Assembly (NCBI GenBank): GCA_002633005.1 | Contig: NMRA01000751.1 | Location: 10,629 to 74,628, forward strand | Length of the DNA: 64,000 nucleotides | Direction: 5' to 3' | Source of the DNA: Phoronis australis | Taxonomy: Eukaryota; Animalia; Phoronida | Shown: one piece after another, positions 27,401 to 37,650 of the stretch | Layout of the letters: each line of letters begins with the position of its first letter | Numbering within the stretch: position 1 is the first letter of the stretch | Translations under genes and position numbers: made by a program | The notes under the pieces: model-generated | The model's database searches: none | The model's input: the letters and a program-made list of their open reading frames with translations, nothing else | Told to the model about the DNA's origin: nothing

Positions 27401-30400
27401 CACTTTTGCTCAAGTGAGATTTAATTATTTTTCAGAAACAGCTGATTCAAGCGCAAGACAAACTTCTGACTAAGTCACTTTTCATGAAACAGACCACTGT
27501 TAACATGACAAACAACTACAACTACAGTATAAATGCGTGAATTGAGATTCGTTTGCCTGTATTCAAAATAATGTGTTTTTTCAAAAAAAATGTTTTTGCT
27601 GAAGTATTACGTATATAGGCACATGGCACTCGTCTCATATGTGATTGTCGTAAAAAAGGGTGATATTTATGCGTATTTGACTGTTCTTTTAAGAACAAAT
27701 ACACATACATAAAGTACCATAACTATTCGTTTAATAGTTAGTGATGAATTGAACAAAACTCAGCATGTACAGTTATGTAAAGGATAAGTCAAGAGCCACA
27801 TGCAAACTGTAAAATGTGGTCCATGTTTTTACTTAATACGTGTTTCATACACAGGCACATATGCCCAATTCCAGATATAGACATAGCTTCACATATATTG
27901 AATAGCTGCTTATATGGCATGTGACAGGTGGGAAATCAAATATCTGGATAACGTTCCACACAGCAACAGAAAGTATCCAAGACTTCTTGCTTTCAAACAG
28001 CAGTCAGCACTGTACCAAGTAGAACACAGAGGCCATCTTGAGAAAGTGACCCGTGAAAAAAGGAGCGAAGCAAGTGGACATGTGACCAAAAAATGGTGGA
28101 AGTTGCCGAGACAATTATGACAAATATCACGGAAGCTAACCTAAACACAAAAGGTAAAGTTGAAGAAAAATATTGGTTGAGTTTTGCACTTGCTGGATAT
28201 TCTGACTGTTCACAAAACAACGTAAAATTTAAAATTTCTGTATTGTTTTTTTTTTTCTGAGTGGACGTACCTGCTTCTAAACTGGGCTCACCATTGTCAA
28301 AGTATTCAGGGGCAATAAACTCGTTGATCTTATTGAATAAATTTATGAAAGGCAGACGGGAAATTAGCACCAGCGACTGAAAAAGAAATAATTACACACT
28401 TAGATGATACTTAGAGAGACATTATTAACACCTTTAAACACATCAAGAAACATTAATTGCAACTGGATAACCCTCAAGTATGACACTAACGACATGCAGT
28501 TGTTTTCAAGGTCAGATTTGTGATTCAGACACGTTTCTGTTCACGGTAGTTTTCAATGTAACAACAGGGCTTCCCACAGCTAATGCATTAGCCGATGCTT
28601 TTAAACTTCAGTTGTGCACGATTTGAAAGAAGACATCAAACTTCCTGCCAATATTTGTGGGCACAGACAGTCACCATTTGCATAAGTCTGCATTAAGTGA
28701 ACAAGGTGTGCTTAAGTTAACAAAACCCAAAGAAAACAACAAAATAGGGTTTTGTAAGTGTAAATATCATCTTTTTCAGTGAGGCGTGGAATATGTTGCA
28801 AGTAGTTTATCCCGTTCAATCCGCCGACCGGGGCAGAAATCTTTTCGGACTTATATTCATTAGGTCACGTGATGTGATCAAAAAGACGGCAGACTGAATG
28901 AGATAAACTATTTGCAGGGTTTTGTTAGTAGGCATTATGTTGCTATAAGTTTTGTGCCAACAGAGGTCACTAGTGGCCAGTGAGTACAGCACTGGAGCCA
29001 CAGTCTGGACACACTCAACGTACTGTTTGGTTTTGAGTAGTAAGTAAATGAACCTGTTCCAGAGAGTGCCTAGGTGCAGGGCTGTTTAACAACATCACCA
29101 AATACATTAATGAGTGTTCAAAGATGCATCTCCTAACGGGGAATGCTCTTAAACCAAAGACCAAGGGAGTGTGATACAACAGGAATGCCTAACTTTTGTG
29201 TTTTTGAAGTAATTGGCAGGGGTTGCTGTGTCTGTCAATAACAGCTATTGTCTGGTTAACTGAATTGACCACAGCATCCCCAATGGAAGTAACAGCATTG
29301 TCATTCAACAACCAAATGTTAAGAAAGCTCAAGTTTTCTCCCAGTGTATCCTAACTGCAAACATTTTAAGTCTGGTCAGCACACCACCTGTGGCCATATC
29401 AGGTGACCTAATGAATATAAGTCTGAAAAGAATTCAGCCCCAACCGGGACTCGAACCCGTGACCTTCTGCTAACTGTGCAGACGCTCTAGTCCACTGAGC
29501 CAGAAATCTTTTCAGACTTATATTCATTAGGTCAAGTGATGCGGCCACAGGTGGCATGCTCACCAGACTGGAAAAATGTTTGCGATATACATTTCCATGC
29601 CGGTTTAAAAATTACATATTTATATGTATCTTAATTACAAAAATAACGAAACATAAATATTCCAGCACCTCTACTTTACAGTTTTACCCAAAGGGTGATA
29701 TCTTACCTTTTGAAAATAACCTCTCCTAATTGTTTTGTCTTTTGTTTGTCTGAAGTAAACAAAGCCATACAAGTGTGCACTGTCACTCTGTAATACAAAA
29801 TATCAACAACAAAATGAGACCCCAGGCTTATTTGAAATATCACGTGATAGGCTGGATTCACATAGCACTGCTCGTCACAGGCTTTTAAACAATGATAAGT
29901 TTTCATGCACATAGTACATACTTCTAAGTCCAAAACAATTTTTGTCTGACCAGGGGACACATCACAAACTACAGAACAAAGATGGTTGAAGAGAAAGTCA
30001 AATTACAGTCCAAAATATAATTTCCATAATCTTTACAAGGGAATCATCAACTTCAAATGTTAATTTCTCCCATTTTGCGACAACATACGTAGCTTTAGAT
30101 GACTAACAAATGTTGATGTGACGACGCACACTGAGGTATGATGCAGAGGATGAGATATACCGTTACATATGGTTGTGTGGGGGACAAGCAGTCATGATGC
30201 ACACTGAGGTATAATGCAGACGATGAGATATACCATTACATATGGTTGTGTGGGGGACAAGCAGTCATGACGCACACTGAGGTATAATGCAGAGGATGAG
30301 ATATACCATTATATATGGTTGTGTGGAGGACAAGCAGTCGTGAGCCAAATGTGTTAATGGAATCCTCGTATGGGGGGAGGGTNNNNNNNNNNNNNNNNNN

Positions 30401-33400
30401 NNNNNNNNNNNNNNNNNNNNNNNNNNNNNNNNNNNNNNNNNNNNNNNNNNNNNNNNNNNNNNNNNNNNNNNNNNNNNNNNNNNNNNNNNNNNNNNNNNNN
30501 NNNNNNNNNNNNNNNNNNNNNNNNNNNNNNNNNNNNNNNNNNNNNNNNNNNNNNNNNNNNNNNNNNNNNNNNNNNNNNNNNNNNNNNNNNNNNNNNNNNN
30601 NNNNNNNNNNNNNNNNNNNNNNNNNNNGGTGTATGGGGGGGTGTATGCGGGGGTGTTGTAACTAAAGCATTGAGTGGAATGAGTGTTATGGTGATGAGCT
30701 CATGATTGGTTGAGTATCCGTTGTGTGAAGGTTGGAATAAACAAGTTGAACTTCAGCTGCTGGTATTTTCTCTGCATAACAAAGTACCCTCCATCGCAGG
30801 GTATTATGATGCAACAAAATGAACCAAATCAGCACTACACCCCTATTTACCCAGTGTTACCCCCAAAATGCTGAATTAAAAGATGCGCCGGTAATACAGC
30901 TGTATACATTAATACATTCCAGAGAGACTACCTGTAAAGCAGTAGGACAATCTTCATTGTACCGGATGTGGTTGCTGTAGCAACAGTGTTTCCCAGGAGA
31001 CTGGCGTATACGGAAATGGAACTGTGTATCTCCCATGCAACCTAGCGATTTACAGAACAATGTAACACTTGTTAATCGATGTTGTTTCTATTGTTCCAAC
31101 TGCAAAAATACAACAGTTATTACTCAATATATAGTTGACAAATTATACTTTACTCCCCGTGCCACCTGTTGGAGTAATGACACACTATCTCAGTACAAAG
31201 AATCTGCCCGTAGAAATAAAATGAGGTTATCAAAACATGTTTTAAAGCCAATCTTGAATGGTTGAGTAAATTATGGTTCTTGCAATATGTTTAGGCCACT
31301 TAAGTACTGTCCACACACAGACTTACCATAGAACAACTTGCACTAGTGCAACTTTTCCCACTTTAAGCGGAGCATCCACACATATACATTCGATACCTAC
31401 CACAAGGGGGAGGTAGTTGCTTAGCGCGTGATAACGAACAGAGGATACAAACAGCACGAAAAAGAAGTCCCATGCGTATGTTAGCGCAGCTGATAATCAC
31501 TTCTGCATTACACCACATTTGCGGCCACACAGCGATTAGAAGTGGCGCGAGTTACCCTAGAACGAGTTACCGCACCCCAATATAGTGAAGTAAGTTGTCT
31601 GAAGTGGGATGCGCTGCACCAGTTTAAACAGCATCCACACAGTCCCCAAACCTAGCGACATCTTGTTCCAAGAGTAACTTGCACTAGGGTACGTCTGTGT
31701 GTGGACAGCACTATAAACCAAAACTCTTGCCACATCAATGTCATACAATAGATTGCTGAAATTAATAAAGCTTTAGGTTTTATAGCCTCGAAAAATCTTA
31801 ATTAACAGCTATGAGCTACACCCCACACAATTCCGGTCAATTAAATAGTACCACTAACTACCTTTCATTCACTGTTCACATGGTGAAACAATGCCACAAT
31901 TAATACAATTCACTGATATTCCAACACCACAGATGTTCGTACTCTATAATCGTACCAAAGACATTTATCCAAACATCACGAATGAGATGTTAAACTCTTG
32001 GATCATTCCCAACAGTGTAGATTTTTATGTCACTGCAGCCAGAAACTTACCAGAATTGGAGTCTGGGAAAGACAGGTAACAGATGTTCATTTTCTGAAAA
32101 ACAAAATTCACGTTACCATCAATAAAATCAAACGGAGAAAAAAACAATCGCATTGTTCGACTTAACAATTTTTCCTGCCAATCTGTGATCAGGAAATCAA
32201 TGTACTAGAACGTAACATAAAAATCAACATGCGTCAAATCCAGCAACATACGAGTTGTGCCAACCCAATAAAATTGCAAGCTAAATGCTTTGCACCAATT
32301 AAAAGTTTGTGCTTACATCTCACTCCACAAATGACAACAAAGCCCTGACTGATTTTTAATTTTTGATAAAGCAATCTCCTGGGTGTACCCACAAGAACAT
32401 TCAGATAGACGGGTACAAGTTAACATTTACTGAAACTGAACTGAAGGTGTAAACAGAATATTTGGTTACATTTCAAGTCAAGCTCTTAATAGGAAGAAAA
32501 CAAATATATTTCTTATTTCCAAATAATGAGCCTCCTATGTGCATTTTTATCAAATAATCTATGTTTGTACACCTCTAAAAAATAAAATTTAGCTATGATT
32601 TAGGGCACAAATGATTGAACAGTAAGTAGTCAAACAGTATACCTAAATCCAACTCCTTACCTCTTTTTCCGATAGGCGGACATGACTGGGATACACAACC
32701 TGAGAATAAAGAACAAATAATGACACACTTGTCAATGGCATTTTCTTCTTTTGAAACCAGTTCTAAACGTACAGATAATGCAAAAAACAATATGGATGAA
32801 ACCAAATACATGTGAATAATAGACTAGACATAAATACACTCCCAAAAGTGTGATTATCTCATTTTCAGTTTTTTTACCTAATTATGCAAATTACAGGTCA
32901 CATGAGCGACCTGACCACAAAAACTTATCACCTGGACTGTAAGAAAGCGTGGCTGTAAATGGACGATTTTTAACATGTGACCTACTGAACTACCCAATAA
33001 TACCGGGATTTTACCTACATAAGCCCATCCGATGAAACACCCATGGGCATTTATTCGGAAAATTATGCCGACAAACACTGCCATGGGCGATTATTTGGTG
33101 TTACAACTTGCGGTGTCAAGTGTCCAGACAGTGGGGTATTTATTTGGAAATTTTCCTCTTAAAAAGCCCACTCAGCGTCAACTTTTTGTCACAAATTCAG
33201 TATTGTGGAGCATTTATCGATTATAAAAACGAACAAGGTGTTGGCGAGCTATGTATTTATTAACATAAAATTAAAGAAATGCTGTTTTAAGTAAAAAATG
33301 TCAAAGTCAGCAAAACTATGGCTTTCCGTTTACACACCCCCTTTCCGAATAAATGCCCAAGCGTTTATTTGATGTTGCTAAAACACCTGAAATTTTTCAA

Positions 33401-35497
33401 CTTTTAGTCACAAACTCAGTTTTGTGGAGCATTTATCATTTACAAAAACGAACAAAGTGCTGGCGAACTACGCATTTATTAACAAAAAATTTAAAAACGC
33501 ATTCTTAAGTAAAAATGTCACAGTCAGGAGACCTATGACTTTCCATTTACTCGTCGACTCCCCCTTTTCCAAATAAACGCTCGGCGTTTATTTGGTAATA
33601 AAACGTTTGAAATTTTTCATTTTCCGAATACACGCCCATGGGCTTGTCTACTGAAATTCCTGGTAGGATTAAATCTAACTAAAATGCAAGAGTAAAGGAT
33701 CAAAGAACACCAAAAATGACAAAGTATATTGACAGGCTTTCTGTTTTTCAGCATATTTTCACTAAAAAATTATATTACAGAACTTCCAGCTCCCAACAAC
33801 AACCATCAGTTGGCAAGTTACCCATGAGGCATTAGGGCGTTCTCCGGTTCAGTGACTTTACCAGACATAGAGGAATTGTGAGCTTGTGATAACATCTAGC
33901 TCCTTTGTTAACTGCTGAGCACAGTCTTTTGTCTGGCATGACAACATGCAGGCCAATTATCTACAAGGCTTATTAAGGATCCACTGCGTGAACACAGTCA
34001 AACCCAAAGCGTTAACTAGAACATTTGGACAGAATAGATTGTTTTAACTTTGGTTGTAGTTGGGCAATTTTGGAGATTCAAAAACTAGGCATGATCAGTA
34101 TTAGATGAGGAATTCAGAAATGTTATGACTTTATGTTCAAACATTTTATAACTTAACATTTATTTTTTAACAGCATAGCCCAGTCAGGCTAGATAGGATC
34201 ATATCCAAGATTAGACCAACTATCGAACAAAAGAGAGCTGACCTTCCAACCCTAAATGTCAAAATGGACTTAATCAGTCGTGTAAGATATTGACTACATT
34301 GGCCTTCCGCCCAACTTGTTGTTGTGCTATACAGCTGAACAAGTTGGACTCAACCTGGGAAAGCACTGTAATGATTACTGTAGTAGACCAAGAACTGTAA
34401 GCCACCAAACTATAATAAAACCGTGACAAACCATATTTTAACAATAGGCTGAAAGTTGTACATAGGAGTTTATTTGGTCTATGATGTTGGACCATATAAA
34501 AAGACCAAGTTAATCCGATCTGGTGGCTTACTTGGTCTACAACATTACCAACAGTGAGTCCTAGGGTAGCTGGACTAATTAATTATAGGTTTGCGGACCA
34601 GAAAATTATGACCCTGAATGTCACAAAGCATGGCTGTCAATTGGGCGATATTCGGTGCACAGGTAATACTTCATGCCAAGAGTATATCATCAAATGCACT
34701 AGTCGGATATTGCAGTACCTGATTTAGAGAACCAGACAATCAGTGAATACCAAAAACGGGACTCCATTATTCAATGGATGAAACTGGCTCTCCAATCAGG
34801 GACTGATATATACCACAGGTGCCAGGAAAAAAGAACATCAAAACATTACCGACAATAGTACACAGTGCTGTAACACTGTCTAAACTGGTTCATATCGACA
34901 GGTACTGACAGACGGCTACAGTACAGTGGACCCACATTATTAAACCACCATAAATTCTTTAATTTTTTAACCTATAATCATGATATCAGGATCCATGTGT
35001 TCATATGATGTATAGAAATTGTTCTGTGTTTTAATTTTGGTCACACCTTTACTCAATTATTAAGTAATTGACTTTGAAGTCAATTTTTTTGCTTTGACAG
35101 CTTGCATACACAATGTTGTTGCTGGGCTTTCTGTATTTTTGAGGAGATCTGTATACCATATATTCACTCAGAAGTATTAACCAGCTACCGACGTTAACTA
35201 TCGGCTGGCAAGTTACACATAAGGACAAGGCTGTTGGACCAAGAACGGTACGATTACCAGACAACAAAACAAAGAAAATCCTGCGAATCTGTCAGCAGGT
35301 CAGCCTTTGTTTTTTTTAGTTTTGACACTTGAGTTTACCTCCATCGCTTGTCCAAGCTCTAAATCGAACGTGACAACGCAGGCACAATGTAACCAATTTG
35401 AAAATTTGTCCCATGGTAAGAAGGTTGCCGACTTGCACGAGCCAGACGACACAGATCTTTGGTATGACGGCTTACTTTGTTCGTCGTCGTTCGCCAT
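12344..35497 (-). CDS. DENND6A: DENN domain protein 6 (FAM116, Rab14 GEF family), spliced gene; 16 exons found (547 codons), last exon not located
   Basis: Exons give [148 protein letters not shown]. Phases agree throughout. Probably co-orthologous to vertebrate DENND6A/6B. Confidence 0.95.
13748..14039 (+). repeat. Minisatellite, 4 x 73 bp
   Basis: tagtagtcaggccatagccctgcactgtcaatggtttcttgg... at 13748, 13821, 13894, 13967. Confidence 0.95.
14280..14645 (+). mobile_element. Degenerate non-LTR retrotransposon APE endonuclease fragment
   Basis: LPEGST...[16 protein letters not shown]...PKNSKD*VVNNF; the (G)DLNARTG motif is typical of LINE APE domains; stops and frameshifts present. Confidence 0.7.
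14650..15090 (-). mobile_element. Degenerate copy of the HINE/Helentron-type repeat
   Basis: cgccattaggggg, ccaaaattcatga and ggtttaagagatagag motifs shared with the family. Confidence 0.55.
15101..15256 (+). repeat. Minisatellite, ~7 x 22 bp
   Basis: acaacacacagtattgcaatat repeated. Confidence 0.95.
15327..15429 (-). CDS. DENND6A: DENND6 exon 15
   Basis: [34 protein letters not shown]. Confidence 0.94.
15543..16325 (-). mobile_element. HINE/DINE-1-like non-autonomous Helentron, diverged
   Basis: aataagatcaacgcaaaacgttgaaatgcacccac at one end and gcatataaatatttgggcacata at the other. Confidence 0.7.
16712..16875 (-). CDS. DENND6A: DENND6 exon 14
   Basis: [54 protein letters not shown]. 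Confidence 0.95.
18020..18109 (-). CDS. DENND6A: DENND6 exon 13
   Basis: [30 protein letters not shown]. Confidence 0.94.
18606..18670 (-). CDS. DENND6A: DENND6 exon 12
   Basis: [22 protein letters not shown]. Confidence 0.93.
19349..20125 (-). mobile_element. HINE/DINE-1-like element with an unrelated internal segment (~19500-19830)
   Basis: aacaagatcaacgcggagcattgaaatgtgcccac ... atgcacccacatataaatatgtgagcgcataaaaa. Confidence 0.8.
20355..20441 (-). CDS. DENND6A: DENND6 exon 11
   Basis: [28 protein letters not shown]. Confidence 0.9.
22283..22377 (-). CDS. DENND6A: DENND6 exon 10
   Basis: [31 protein letters not shown]. Confidence 0.95.
22460..22940 (+). mobile_element. 3' end of a non-LTR retrotransposon (RTE-X/L2-like C-terminal Zn-knuckle region), antisense in a DENND6 intron
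   Basis: [49 protein letters not shown], stop at 22853, short 3' UTR ending in AATAAA. Confidence 0.8.
23287..23382 (-). CDS. DENND6A: DENND6 exon 9
   Basis: [32 protein letters not shown]. Confidence 0.94.
23517..23742 (+). repeat. Minisatellite, ~9 x 25 bp
   Basis: aataaagtcctacctcagtatagat variants. Confidence 0.9.
24614..24795 (-). CDS. DENND6A: DENND6 exon 8
   Basis: [60 protein letters not shown]. Confidence 0.9.
25445..27024 (-). mobile_element. Full-length HINE/DINE-1-like non-autonomous Helentron with internal tandem repeats
   Basis: Ends aacaagagcaacgcagagccttgaaatgtgccc and atgcatccacatataaatatgtgggtgcataaaaa. Internal ~150-bp subunits fall in a ~430-450-bp higher-order period. 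Confidence 0.85.
27033..27178 (-). CDS. DENND6A: DENND6 exon 7
   Basis: [49 protein letters not shown]; donor gtgagt. Confidence 0.9.
27295..27498. mobile_element. Small MITE with ~28-bp terminal inverted repeats (TIRs)
   Basis: gatctgtttcgtaaaagtgacttaag ... ctaagtcacttttcatgaaacagacc. Confidence 0.65.
28271..28376 (-). CDS. DENND6A: DENND6 exon 6
   Basis: [35 protein letters not shown]. Confidence 0.94.
29357..29600. repeat. tRNA-derived SINE-like repeat: minus-strand copy fused back-to-back with a plus-strand body, forming an inverted repeat
   Basis: Minus strand TGGCTCAGTGGACTAGAGCG...GGTTCGAGTCCC (Pol III A/B boxes). The body gaaatcttttcagacttatattcattaggtca is present in both orientations, with another partial copy at 28815-28877. 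Confidence 0.8.
29707..29787 (-). CDS. DENND6A: DENND6 exon 5
   Basis: [27 protein letters not shown]. Confidence 0.94.
30123..30341 (+). repeat. Minisatellite, 3 x 73 bp
   Basis: gacgcacactgaggtataatgcagaggatgag... at 30123, 30196, 30269. Confidence 0.92.
30932..31041 (-). CDS. DENND6A: DENND6 exon 4
   Basis: [37 protein letters not shown]. Confidence 0.92.
31303..31712. mobile_element. MITE (PIF/Harbinger-like TIR), copy 1
   Basis: TIRs agtactgtccacacacagac / gtctgtgtgtggacagcact; homologous to 62878-63282. Confidence 0.75.
32051..32093 (-). CDS. DENND6A: DENND6 exon 3 (43 nt)
   Basis: [14 protein letters not shown]; ttcag/gtaagt. Confidence 0.93.
32661..32699 (-). CDS. DENND6A: DENND6 exon 2 (39 nt)
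   Basis: [13 protein letters not shown]; ctcag/gtaagg. Confidence 0.88.
33001..33665. mobile_element. TA-flanked Tc1/mariner-type MITE with an internal ~230-bp tandem duplication
   Basis: taccgggattttacctacataagcccat ... atgggcttgtctactgaaattcctggta. Confidence 0.7.
35339..35497 (-). CDS. DENND6A: DENND6 exon 1
   Basis: [10 protein letters not shown]...[27 protein letters not shown]; donor gtaaac. Confidence 0.93.
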
Positions 35498-36526
35498 GTT
35501 TTGGCCGTCCACTTAGGTGAAAATCGAAAGGATCAAAACAAGGTACAACACAAATTCTTTATGCTAATATATCTAATGTATCGAAATCTCTCTAATATTA
35601 CATTCAAGGCAATTGGTGCAAATGCTTGCTAAATGAACGGGGAAGTTTCCCCTTTAATGCATGACGAAATTTAATTGTTCGTTGGATTTTCCCTTGTGGT
35701 GAAAACGATCCTCATTCTGTTCAACGCCACCTCACGATATCTATGGAAACTATATGTTACGTCCCAGTATGGTCCAAACATTTTCTCCTATGGTTTACAA
35801 CAGGTCCAAATTATGGGCAAGAAAAAATGAGTGCACCATTGAGTTTGCTGTTTCCAACTTTTGATTTCTATTCTAACAAGTTTCGTATTTGACACATCTA
35901 AACAATTTCAGAATGAAAACAAAGCATTTCTACAAGAAGTTTTTAACAGCATTTATCCAAGTGGGAGAATGGAAATGCAATTGACAGAAGGCAGCTGTTT
36001 GGATATGCGAGAGGCTGTGGGGCAGATAGTCAGTTGCATGGCCGGGCAAGACGACTGTGTAAACAGCAGTTGGTTGGAGTGGTTAGTCAAAGGACCTTGT
36101 CAGACTTGATGACGTGGAAAGCCGAGCATCTATGGGTCTGCCCAGAGTGTGACGACGCTGGTTCTGCACCCAAGTAATCCAAGCTGATAATACCCTGGCA
36201 GGGACACACTGCCAGTTTTTTTTAACTTTTAAAAGCAGTCAATTACTTCCATTTTAGCTTTCACACAATTCATGAACTTGGCTTCAAGTCTGAGGGAAAA
36301 AGCCTTATATCACAGCATCATCTTCACAATCGTGTGCTTAACTGAAACCCGTGGCCTTTAACTGAGAAACTTAAAAACTAACCTGTGCAGACCCAAGCCA
36401 AATTCAGACAGTTCAAAGAGAAATAATTCAATATTTAGGGGACAGCATCAAGCCGAACATGACCATTAACCAGTGAACGGATTCAGCAAAAACAAGTAAA
36501 GGAAACAAGTGGTAAAATCATGACAT

Positions 36527-36532
36527 TTTATT
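36527..36532 (-). terminator. Probable SLC25A3 polyadenylation signal AATAAA (~0.96 kb 3' UTR)
   Basis: tttatt on +; downstream on the minus strand is a T/GT-rich tract (ttgtttcctttacttgttttt). Confidence 0.5.
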
Positions 36533-37486
36533 ATCAACTCACTATTGTACACATTTTAGACACTATCACAGAACACTGAATAAATAAGCCCACGTCACAC
36601 TAAATCCTGTCACTTAAATACACAACTGACATCCGATAAATGGATGATTGTAATACAGACGTGAAGATAACTTGGCTATTCAAGCACCCTATGAAAAAAA
36701 TATCAACACGCGTGAGTTGTTGAGCCTACTTCTTTGAAGGAAAAACAGATTGTTATTTCACGCCCAAGAGATATTGCTCCCACTTAGAACTTAGCAATGC
36801 TGTATATATTACCATTTCATCTTTCAAAGACCACACAACATTTAACACTATCAATCACCTGTCCACAATGCTGGACAGTGCCGGATACCTCACGCTTACA
36901 TTCTGAGCAATAAGAAATCAACACCCTATACCGACTTAAGAAGGTTCGCCTAACAAATACAAACGATACATGTTAAGAATACTATGATAAAACCTATTTG
37001 TACAGACTGGTTTTTAATTAGTGTTCACCCTTTTACAGTTTCTCAAACTTTTTAACTGCTCCTCATACTCTGGCAACATATTTTGGCAGCTGGAAAACAA
37101 GTGTCACGGTAACGCCAGCTACTGCCAATATGGTTCTTCTATTTGATCAATTTTGGACTGGCTAGGTCTCACCTTCACACTTATCTTAGCTTGTCTAAGT
37201 TTGTAGATGGATTTACTTCAACTAGGTAGCTAGTAAGGTTACAAGAACCAAAGACACACAATTTTTGGCAGTGTAACATTTTGCAAGCGCTTGAAAAACA
37301 GCCTAGCCAGAGTCACGAGTAAAGTACCCGTGTATAGCAACAGTTGGAGAAACAGTAAAACGATATAAATACCGACAAATGGAAACATGCAAATGAGTGG
37401 AGAGAAAAGGCTGAGCACGAGAAACAAGAATCTGATATTCCAAGTTCTAGAAGTAGCAGTAGCGGTCGCTCTAGACACTACGTGGC

Positions 37487-37650
37487 TCATGCGCTTTGGG
37501 CAGCCAGTTTGCGCTTGAGACTCTCGGGCATTTCTGGTGGGGGTGGTCGGGGCAGCCTGAAGTAGACTTTAACTGAGTCGTAGATGAACCACTGCAGGGC
37601 GGTCAATGTACCAATCATAATGATACGCGGTGTCAAACCTTTCCACATGC
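37487..37650 (-). CDS. SLC25A3: SLC25A3 terminal coding exon
   Basis: [54 protein letters not shown]. Confidence 0.96.
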
